Positions 10,227 to 18,238 of a stretch of 64,000 bases of DNA are shown piece by piece. Within the stretch, counting starts at the first letter, position 1. Each line of letters starts with the position of its first letter. Made by a program: the position numbers and the translations under genes. The DNA is from Deltaproteobacteria bacterium (GTDB lineage Bacteria > Myxococcota_C > UBA6777). Under the pieces are notes generated by a model. That model ran no database searches and had not been told where the DNA came from. It saw only the letters and a list, made by a program, of their open reading frames with translations. The DNA lies in contig PCBK01000189.1 in NCBI GenBank assembly GCA_002731275.1, positions 61,888 through 125,887 on the forward strand, in the 5' to 3' direction.

Positions 10227-10778
10227 TCAAAGATGCTCCTCAAAGACATCCGCCTGAAAGACCAAGACATCGCACTTTTCGTCACGCCACGTATCTCCAG
10301 GAAGCCCTGCTTTTCGACATGTCTGCTCTAGAAAAGTCACAAGATCCCACCCGCGCTCTGAAGCAACTTGGGGTAACAAAACCCCCCGCCTTTTACGCGC
10401 TGAGACGATCAGTCCATCACGACCAATCACCAACGAGCCATCAAAGGGCTGCGGAGGTGTCAATACACTGATTTCAAACACAAGGTCGTCAAGCTCATCC
10501 TGCCTCACAGGCGCAAAGCGGGGATCGTGACAAGCCGCCTGAATCGCCATATCTCGTACAGCTTCCCATAACGGAGACTCCCAAGAGAAGCGGCCAATAC
10601 AACCACGTAGCGCACCATCACGCAGACGCAGCGTGACAAACACGGCACCATTTTGTGTAAACGCAGCGCCAGTCAAAACGGGCAAAGCTTGTTCGAGGAC
10701 GTGAGCGTACACAGTGTCTCGTGCGAACTGCAGCAGGGTGGCTTGTTCTTCCGAAGAGAGCGGAACAAATGAGGACAT
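10227..10778 (-). CDS. amrA: AMMECR1-domain protein (AmmeMemoRadiSam system protein A)
   Basis: VFVTL...LRGCIG, DPRF, EISVLT, GVLLPQVA and CRKAGL motifs; start chosen by GGAG SD (alternative 10802). Confidence 0.9.
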   Translation of the reverse strand: MSSFVPLSSEEQATLLQFARDTVYAHVLEQALPVLTGAAFTQNGAVFVTLRLRDGALRGCIGRFSWESPLWEAVRDMAIQAACHDPRFAPVRQDELDDLVFEISVLTPPQPFDGSLVIGRDGLIVSARKRRGVLLPQVASERGWDLVTFLEQTCRKAGLPGDTWRDEKCDVLVFQADVFEEHL

Positions 10779-10832
10779 CGGAGGCTCCAAACAAAGAGAC
10801 ATACCAAATGTATCAATCGATATGTTGGGTGC

Positions 10833-11285
10833 TCAGGTGTTATTGGGATTGTGAAGACGTTGTTGTGGAGAAGGTCGTTCGCCGGTTTGACGAAAATGCA
10901 CGTAATCTTCGAGGATTTGTTGGTGATCAAAGCACATCTCTTGAGGGAGTGCTTCAGGCGCAAATCGTTTCGCACGCTTTGCGTCGTCAGCGCCTACAGG
11001 CTCTCCCTCTGCGTGCCCGACAAAAACGACGGAGGTCACATGCTGTCGAGGATCCCGTGTTGGCGCGGAGTACGTATACAACATCGTCTCAAGAGTGACA
11101 TTGAGACCTGTCTCCTCTTCGATCTCCCTGACAGCAGCAGCCTCTACAGATTCACCATAATCGACAAACCCACCAGGTAACGCCCAGCCCTTGGGTGGAT
11201 TTTTTCGCTCGATCAACACAACATCCCCATCGATTTCGACGATAACATCGACTGTTAAGTAAGGATTTCGAGGGTGATTTCCCAT
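10833..11285 (-). CDS. NUDIX hydrolase (ADP-ribose pyrophosphatase-like)
   Basis: Nudix box GGFVDYGESVEAAAVREIEEETGL plus RDPR; start 11285 avoids overlap with tsaB. Confidence 0.9.
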   Translation of the reverse strand: MGNHPRNPYLTVDVIVEIDGDVVLIERKNPPKGWALPGGFVDYGESVEAAAVREIEEETGLNVTLETMLYTYSAPTRDPRQHVTSVVFVGHAEGEPVGADDAKRAKRFAPEALPQEMCFDHQQILEDYVHFRQTGERPSPQQRLHNPNNT

Positions 11286-11301
11286 AACAAGTCCTTTTCG
11301 T

Positions 11302-12084
11302 TCAGGCTTCGGATTCAGGAATGATCGAGCCGTCGGGATTGAGTCGTCCGGCAAGCGGCGCACCACCTTCAGGAGGTCCAATGTTCATCTCGGCTTCAGA
11401 TGGGCGGATGTAAATGGGTAAGACCTCCCAGAGCGCGGGGAGGGTCTCTTGCTGTAGTAATGTGCTTCCGACGCGGGCAAGGTGGACGGCATGTAAGGAG
11501 TGACTCGCGACGCGATCTTGGACGAAGCGCGCGCCTTCGACTGCAAAGCTCGCGCGGTACACATCGACTCCATCACCGAGCAGCAACACCTCTTCATCAA
11601 GCGCGAGCAGCTCTTGTACAAAAGCATCAGGTGAGAGCAAACGCGGTCCCTTCACCGTCTCAAGGATAGGTACAGGAACATCTCCAGAGAGGTCGTAGGA
11701 CCGACGATACAACCCCGTATAGATCTCTTTCTTGCGCGCGTCTTTGCACACCGCGACGAGAGCAGGTCCAAATCCAGCGCTCATCGCATGTGCTTCGAGG
11801 GAACACACACCGACAAGTGGACACTTTTGCGCAAACGCCAACCCTTGCGCGGTCGCGACGCCGACGCGCAGTCCTGTAAAAAGACCAGGCCCCACACCGA
11901 CAACCAACCCATCGAGTACGGACATATCCCACCCGACAGCTCGCAACGTCTGATCGATCAACGCGAGCAGCTGTTGACTGTGCTTGGTGTCCACCTTGAC
12001 CACAACGTCGGCGAGTACATTCTCCCCTTCAACGAGCGCGAGTGCTGTGTATTTTGTCGATGTATCAAATGAGAGGATCTTCAT
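11302..12084 (-). CDS. tsaB: tRNA threonylcarbamoyladenosine biosynthesis protein TsaB
   Basis: ILSFDTST, GVGPGLFTGLRVG, DARKKEIY and PIYIRPSEAE motifs; follows rseP. Confidence 0.93.
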   Translation of the reverse strand: MKILSFDTSTKYTALALVEGENVLADVVVKVDTKHSQQLLALIDQTLRAVGWDMSVLDGLVVGVGPGLFTGLRVGVATAQGLAFAQKCPLVGVCSLEAHAMSAGFGPALVAVCKDARKKEIYTGLYRRSYDLSGDVPVPILETVKGPRLLSPDAFVQELLALDEEVLLLGDGVDVYRASFAVEGARFVQDRVASHSLHAVHLARVGSTLLQQETLPALWEVLPIYIRPSEAEMNIGPPEGGAPLAGRLNPDGSIIPESEA

Positions 12085-12141
12085 GAAAAGAAAGTCTCCG
12101 TCAAAACAACATCCCTTTTCGAGCGCGCATTGTGCGCTCTT

Positions 12142-13800
12142 TCAACCAGAGAAAAGGCGCTGCAGATCATTTTTAATCGCGAGCAAAAATAAAAACAGAA
12201 GAAAGATCAACCCAAGTAAAAAGGCCGACTCTTTGATCTTGGGTGGGACAGGTCGGCGAATCACGCCTTCTATCAAAAAGAACAGCAGATGACCACCATC
12301 GAGCAAAGGGATGGGCAAGAGATTGACGATTCCCAGATTGATGCTGATCAGCGCGAGATGACGCAAGAAAATCTCCCACCCACTTTTAACGGCCTCTTGT
12401 GCGATCTGGAAGATCATAATGGGGCCGCCGATATTGTCCGACGAGATCTCTTGCGTGAAGAGTTTTTTGATCACCCTCACAAGTAACCCAGAGAAAAACC
12501 ACGTGTCTTGTGCTGCCCTTCGGAACGCGAAGGAGACAGGAGATGTGATCGGGATCTTCACACCACGCTCGTAAGGCATCCCTAATTGAATCCCCAAAAG
12601 CGTTCGCTTGTGTCGCTGCTTGAGGGGATCGACAAAGGTCACCTCGAACAACGTAAAGGAACGACGAGTGATCTCGCCCTTTCGTTCGTACACGATGGTA
12701 TATTTTGCGTCCTTTTTGTTAGGCAGCGAACCAAGATCGGAGGCTATCTGAAGTGTCTTTCCTCCGAGCTTGAGCAATCGATCACCGACTTGAATCCCTG
12801 CTTTGGCGAGGGGCGTACCAGCGCGCACTGATTTGACAAAAAGTTCAGAAGAGTGAATGCCATCCCAATAGACTGCCTTTCCTTTTGAGGTCAAACGTGT
12901 GGCTGGGTGGACAACAATGGTGTGAGGTTTCATGGGGTGACGAAAACGCAGCGCTGGGTTGTGGATACGCAGTGTGCGTTGCACGGTGTATTTGTGGGGT
13001 CCCTTTGGGTGACTCTGACGAAAACGAACGAGCTCTTCCCAGCGGCGGATAGGGGTGCCATTGACGGCGATGATCCGATCCCATGTACGAAGTCCAGCAC
13101 GATAGGCCGGACTGTTGGGGTCTGAGATCCCAACAGTGGGCGTGCGAAAGTCGGCTGTGATACCGATGATGCCGCGCTTCTTTTTGGAGCCAAAGGCATC
13201 ATCTTCTTCGATCGTGCGAGGGATGATCTTTACGTCGAATTGGCGTTTTCCACGGGTGATACGGAGCTGGACATGCTTTCCTGGAATATCTCCGATCAAG
13301 TGGAGTAGATCGCGAAAGTACCGAGTCTTTGTCCCATTGACTGCGTCGATCCTATCGCCGGCTTGCAACCCAGCCTTCGCGGCAGGATATCCAGGGATCA
13401 CAGAGCCGATCGTCGTGGAAACAGCCTGTCCTTGGAGCAAATAGATAATGCCCAACGCCATCAAAGGTAGGACGACAATATTTGCGAATGGTCCGGCAAA
13501 TACGATCAACGCTCTTTGCCACAGTGGTTTGCACGCAAACGCACAATGACGCAGATGTGGAGGGATCTCGGAGACCTCTGCGTCTCCAAACATCTTCACG
13601 TATCCACCAAGTGGGAGCCAACCTATCTGATAGCGCGTCTCTCCCCAGCGAAAGCTAAAGATGCGCCCGTAAAATCCAAGAGAAAACACATCGACACGTA
13701 CACCAAACATTTTGGCGAAGAGGAAGTGCCCAAATTCGTGGATAAAGATCAGCAGCCCCAACATGATGATGAAGCCAAAAACGCTCAGTAAAGCGGCCAT
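12142..13800 (-). CDS. rseP: RIP metalloprotease RseP with multiple PDZ domains
   Basis: IHEFGH zinc motif, PLGGYVKM, AGPFAN and NLLPIPLLDGGH; three PDZ-like segments. Confidence 0.95.
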   Translation of the reverse strand: MAALLSVFGFIIMLGLLIFIHEFGHFLFAKMFGVRVDVFSLGFYGRIFSFRWGETRYQIGWLPLGGYVKMFGDAEVSEIPPHLRHCAFACKPLWQRALIVFAGPFANIVVLPLMALGIIYLLQGQAVSTTIGSVIPGYPAAKAGLQAGDRIDAVNGTKTRYFRDLLHLIGDIPGKHVQLRITRGKRQFDVKIIPRTIEEDDAFGSKKKRGIIGITADFRTPTVGISDPNSPAYRAGLRTWDRIIAVNGTPIRRWEELVRFRQSHPKGPHKYTVQRTLRIHNPALRFRHPMKPHTIVVHPATRLTSKGKAVYWDGIHSSELFVKSVRAGTPLAKAGIQVGDRLLKLGGKTLQIASDLGSLPNKKDAKYTIVYERKGEITRRSFTLFEVTFVDPLKQRHKRTLLGIQLGMPYERGVKIPITSPVSFAFRRAAQDTWFFSGLLVRVIKKLFTQEISSDNIGGPIMIFQIAQEAVKSGWEIFLRHLALISINLGIVNLLPIPLLDGGHLLFFLIEGVIRRPVPPKIKESAFLLGLIFLLFLFLLAIKNDLQRLFSG

Positions 13801-13886
13801 ACGCCATGAACCTCATAGGGGAATCAGGGAGGGAGCTCCGTTGACAAAAGAGCAGGAAGTGAGCCGGATGTGTTCCGGACACCACA

Positions 13887-14777
13887 CTAAGCGGGACGAG
13901 CCAGTACAACCCAGATCGCGTAATAGAAGATCAGAGGGGCATTAAACAACAGGCCATCCACACGGTCGAGGATACCACCGTGTCCAGGTAAAATCGTTCC
14001 CGAATCCTTTACACCGTATGCGCGTTTAAGCAAGGATTCAAAAAAGTCACCTGTTTGGCCGAGAACAGCAGCCCCACAGCCGATGATCAGACAATCAACA
14101 GGCTGTAAGAATGGCATCAATGTGAACCGCACCCCCCACGCCCCGAGACTCGCGCCAACAATACAACCAAACAACCCCGCCCATGTTTTGTTGGGAGAGA
14201 CAGAAGGGAAGAGTTTGGGACCGCCGATAAATTTACCAAAGAAGTACCCACCTGTATCGGCGAGGAAGGTGCAGGCGAGCGCCAAAAACAGCCAGCCTGA
14301 GAAGTGTTCTTTGAAATCCATCGCGTCAGGGAGGCGACACAAAAAGATCAGGTGCGCAGCCAACCCCCCGAGATATACGATCCCCAAAAAGACCAATCCA
14401 ACCCTCGAAGGGACAGGAGAGAGGTCTTCTCGTTTGCCTTCGAAGATCAAAAAAGTGAGGGCAAGACCCATCAAAAGGGCGACGAACAAAGGGGTGGCAG
14501 GTGGGACAAGGGAGAGGTCAAAAGGAGCGGGTCTCGCGACAGGAGGACTCCAGAACGTGACCAGCCCGAGCATCAACAAGATGCACCAACCAACAGAGAT
14601 GAAGCGTATGGTGTTAGAGCCGTCAGGCAGGACAATCCCTGTAAACTCCCAAAGACCGACGATTGCGACGACAAAACCGACGACTGCGACGGACTGCCAT
14701 GGTCCCCATACCATGAGGGAGAGAAGCCCTGGCAGCAGCACTATCGATGTCAAGATTCGTTGCGTTAACCCACTCAA
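13887..14777 (-). CDS. cdsA: Phosphatidate cytidylyltransferase
   Basis: SPNKTWAG and ESLLKRAYGVKDSGTILPGHGGILDRVD signature; TTG start with AGGAGG SD. Confidence 0.95.
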   Translation of the reverse strand: MSGLTQRILTSIVLLPGLLSLMVWGPWQSVAVVGFVVAIVGLWEFTGIVLPDGSNTIRFISVGWCILLMLGLVTFWSPPVARPAPFDLSLVPPATPLFVALLMGLALTFLIFEGKREDLSPVPSRVGLVFLGIVYLGGLAAHLIFLCRLPDAMDFKEHFSGWLFLALACTFLADTGGYFFGKFIGGPKLFPSVSPNKTWAGLFGCIVGASLGAWGVRFTLMPFLQPVDCLIIGCGAAVLGQTGDFFESLLKRAYGVKDSGTILPGHGGILDRVDGLLFNAPLIFYYAIWVVLARPA

Positions 14778-14807
14778 AGAGCGCCTCCTAAAGTTCGAAA
14801 CATGGAG

Positions 14808-15365
14808 TTAAAACTCCATAATTTCCTTTTCTTTTTCCTCGATGACCAGATCGAGAGCTTTGATGTACTTGTCGGTCTCGTCTTGGACTTTCTTCAGCGC
14901 GCGATGTTGCTCGTCTTCGCTGATCTCTTTGTCGTCTTTGGCGGACTTGATCAAGTCATTCGAATCGCGTCGATGGTTACGAATCGTGACTTTGTACTCT
15001 TCTCCGAGCTTCTTCACTTGTTTGACGAGATCTTTACGGCGCTCACCGGTCAAAGGTGGGATGGGGATACGGATGATCTTTCCGTCGTTGGACGGCGTCA
15101 AACCGAGACCAGAGGCCTGGATTGCGCGCTCAACATCAGTCAGCAGGTTCTTCTCCCAAGGCGCAACAGTGAGCAAGCGCGCTTCTGCGACGGTCACGTT
15201 AGCGACCTGTGTCAGGGGAGTGGGCATACCGTAGTAGTTGACCTTCACGCCATCGAGGAGGCTCGGTGAAGCGCGACCTGTCCGCACACGGCTATATTCT
15301 TTCCGAAGGTTTTCTACGGCTTTTTTACATTCGCTTTCAAATTGATCGAAGATTTCTGTCAACAT
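14808..15365 (-). CDS. frr: Ribosome recycling factor
   Basis: 185 aa; RTGRASPSLLD, PPLTGERRKDLVK and IRNHRRD motifs. Confidence 0.98.
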   Translation of the reverse strand: MLTEIFDQFESECKKAVENLRKEYSRVRTGRASPSLLDGVKVNYYGMPTPLTQVANVTVAEARLLTVAPWEKNLLTDVERAIQASGLGLTPSNDGKIIRIPIPPLTGERRKDLVKQVKKLGEEYKVTIRNHRRDSNDLIKSAKDDKEISEDEQHRALKKVQDETDKYIKALDLVIEEKEKEIMEF

Positions 15366-16102
15366 TACAGATCCTCCACAGGTCTTTCAGCTTGATGGCA
15401 GATGATCGTCCCAACATTCTCCCCCAACACTGCACGTTTGAGGTTGCCTTTGGTGGACAGATCAAACACCAAGATTGGAATTTGATACTCACGACAAAAA
15501 GAAACACTGGTTGCATCCATGACACGAAGATCGTGTTGTAACAGATACAAGTAGTCGAGCTTGTCAAAGCGCTTGGCTTCAGGGTGGGTTCGTGGATCGG
15601 CATCGTACACACCGTCCACTTGCGTCGCCTTGATCAGCAACTCCGCACCGATCTCACCCGCACGAAGTGCGGCGGCTGTGTCCGTGGAAAAGAAAGGATG
15701 ACCTGTACCACCCGAAAAAATCACCACATCACCACGCTCAAAAGCCTCTGTCACTTCAAGCTGGTTGTAACCACGCGCAACGCCTTCGACTTGAAGTCCC
15801 GAAAACAGCGAACAAGGAAGACCACGCTTGTGACACGCAGCGCGGAACGTTACACCGTTCATGATGGTCGCCATCATCCCGACATAATCTGCAGAGGTCC
15901 GCTCCATCCAGGAAGCCTGAGCGCCCCGAAAGTAGTTGCCACCACCAATCACAAGCCCTATCTGCACACCCATCGCATGCAGCTCAGCGACATCACCAAC
16001 TAGGTCATGCAAGAGGTCAGGATCCACCCCAAAAGGCTCTTTGCCTTTGAGGGCCTCTCCACTCAACTTCAAAAGGATCCGACGATAATGAGGAGAAGAC
16101 AC
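15365..16102 (-). CDS. pyrH: UMP kinase
   Basis: RILLKLSGEAL, GGGNYFRG and PFFSTDTAAALRA; probable GTG start at 16102; stop overlaps the frr start. Confidence 0.95.
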   Translation of the reverse strand: MSSPHYRRILLKLSGEALKGKEPFGVDPDLLHDLVGDVAELHAMGVQIGLVIGGGNYFRGAQASWMERTSADYVGMMATIMNGVTFRAACHKRGLPCSLFSGLQVEGVARGYNQLEVTEAFERGDVVIFSGGTGHPFFSTDTAAALRAGEIGAELLIKATQVDGVYDADPRTHPEAKRFDKLDYLYLLQHDLRVMDATSVSFCREYQIPILVFDLSTKGNLKRAVLGENVGTIICHQAERPVEDL

Positions 16103-16361
16103 GTTCACTTTCCTGTTTATAGATAGAGTTGGAAGGATTACAGACTTCACGTAAAAAGACCTGATAGCAATAACACGAACCCTCGCTTTTCGCAAGGCAT
16201 TCCCACCAGAGCCAGAGCATTTCCCGCCCGATCAACAGGTGGCTTTTTGTGAAGAGATAGATGTCCATCGAGGTCGCTATAGAAAAGACCTTTGACATCA
16301 TGGGTATGGAAAGTAGGGAGTGGATCAGGAGAGGTCAAAAAGGGGGGAGCGTGTGGGGAGC

Positions 16362-17021
16362 TTATGCACCGACAGCTTTTGCGACTTCTGCAGCGAGATC
16401 GTCTTCGCGTTTTTCGAGACCTTCACCGAGGACAAAGCGTGCGAAACGACGAACTCTGATGTTCTCGCCAATCTCAGCAACAACCTCTTTGATGACCTCT
16501 TCGACGGTCTTCTTGTCTTCTTTGACAAATGGTTGGTGCAACAAACAAACTTGCTTGTAGAATTTGCTGACACGGCCATCGACGATTTTGTCGACGATTT
16601 TTTCGGGTTTTCCTTCTTGGAGAGCTTGCTCGCGGAAGATGCCTTTTTCACGCTCAAGGACGTCAGCAGGAATCTCTTCGGGAGTGACGTACTCAGGTGC
16701 TGTTGCAGCGATTTGCATCGCGATATCAGTCAACAACTCTTGGAAACGGTCAGTACGTGCGACAAAGTCAGTTTCGCAGTTAAGCTCGACGAGAACGCCG
16801 ATTCTTCCGCCCATGTGGATATAAGAACCAACAGCGCCTTCGCTCGCGATGCGGCTGGATTTTTTATCGGCAGACGCCATCCCTTTCTTGCGAAGGAAGT
16901 CAACTGCTTCTTCGATATTTCCGTTGGTTTCTTTGAGAGCTTTTTTACAATCCATCATGCCAGCGCCTGTTTTATCGCGCAGCTGCTTGACCAATTTCGC
17001 CGTAATTTTCACGTCGGACAT
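16362..17021 (-). CDS. tsf: Elongation factor Ts (short form)
   Basis: [19 protein letters not shown] and [10 protein letters not shown]; GGAGG SD before ATG 17021. Confidence 0.98.
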   Translation of the reverse strand: MSDVKITAKLVKQLRDKTGAGMMDCKKALKETNGNIEEAVDFLRKKGMASADKKSSRIASEGAVGSYIHMGGRIGVLVELNCETDFVARTDRFQELLTDIAMQIAATAPEYVTPEEIPADVLEREKGIFREQALQEGKPEKIVDKIVDGRVSKFYKQVCLLHQPFVKEDKKTVEEVIKEVVAEIGENIRVRRFARFVLGEGLEKREDDLAAEVAKAVGA

Positions 17022-17189
17022 CGATAGCCTCCAAAATGTCCCCATTAGTGTAAGGGGGAGTAAAGCAAACCCCGCGCTCTTGTCACCATGTAGACGACAA
17101 CGAAGGCGGGGAGTAAAATCGTATATGTTGTTTCTGATTCAGTACAAAATGAGAGACGAACCAAGAAAAGGGATGGTTCGAAGAAGCCC

Positions 17190-17981
17190 TTATCCCTCTT
17201 CGCGCGCTGCGTGGGGACGAATTTCCACTGCGGGACCGGGTTCTTGCGTCTTGTCTTTTCTGGGTTTCTTCGCTTTTTTGGAATCGTTGGGACGCTCTTT
17301 ACGCATCGACTTGCCTTCGATACACGCGTCTGCGACGATCTTGGAGACCAAGCGGATGGAGCGCAACGCATCGTCGTTACCGGGGATAGGATACTCGACC
17401 AATGTGGGGTCACTGTTGGAGTCAACGATCGCAACGACGGGGATACCGAGCTTTTGCGCTTCGTTGATCGCGATGTGATCTTTGACAGGGTCGATCACAA
17501 ACATCAAGCCGGGCAATCCCTTCATACCTTGGATACCACCGAGGTTGCGCTTGAGCTTCTCGACCTGTCTGGTCAATTGCAAGACTTCTTTTTTGGGGAG
17601 GGACTCAACGGTTCCATCTTCAAACATTGCTTCGAGCTTGTTGAGGCGCTCGATACTTTGTTTGATCGTACGGAAGTTGGTCAACATACCACCGAGCCAG
17701 CGGTTCTGGACGTAAAATTGTCCACAACGATCAGCCTCTTCACGGACGATGTCTTGTGCTTGTTTCTTTGTACCGACGAACAGTACATCGTTTCCTTGCG
17801 CAACAGACTCACGGATGACTGCATATGCGTGGCGAAACAAACGCACTGTTTTTTGCAAGTCGATAATATGGATACCGTTACGGGAACCATAGATGTATGG
17901 ACGCATCTTGGGGTTCCAGCGGCTTGTTTTGTGTCCAAAGTGAACACCAGCTTCCAACAATTCACGAATCGTAATAGCCAT
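17190..17981 (-). CDS. rpsB: 30S ribosomal protein S2
   Basis: [25 protein letters not shown] and IPGNDDA motifs. Confidence 0.99.
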   Translation of the reverse strand: MAITIRELLEAGVHFGHKTSRWNPKMRPYIYGSRNGIHIIDLQKTVRLFRHAYAVIRESVAQGNDVLFVGTKKQAQDIVREEADRCGQFYVQNRWLGGMLTNFRTIKQSIERLNKLEAMFEDGTVESLPKKEVLQLTRQVEKLKRNLGGIQGMKGLPGLMFVIDPVKDHIAINEAQKLGIPVVAIVDSNSDPTLVEYPIPGNDDALRSIRLVSKIVADACIEGKSMRKERPNDSKKAKKPRKDKTQEPGPAVEIRPHAAREEG

Positions 17982-17997
17982 GTTTCATTCTCCTAAT

Positions 17998-18083
17998 GGG
18001 TTTGGCCTCCACATTCTCCAAACGCACATGGAAATTCAGAGTCTCTGAACACCCAATCCAAGTACATAGAAAATGTGTGTGTA
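17998..18083 (-). ncRNA. rpsB 5' leader (t44 / S2 autoregulatory RNA-like)
   Basis: Minus strand ACACACACATT...GGGTG...AATGTGGAGGCCAAACCC directly upstream of the rpsB SD, matching the remembered t44 elements (ACACAC, GGGU, GUGGAGGC, AACCC). Confidence 0.65.
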
Positions 18084-18238
18084 TTTTGATCACGAATGTG
18101 TGATCGAGAAGAGCTTGTAACACATGACATCACGGATTGCAAGCGCTCATCAAAAAACAAAGAGATATCAAAGACTCTCCAGAAGGGAAAGAAAAGCAGA
18201 CGGTGGGGGGGATGAGGACGTTCCAGGCGCAGAAGACA

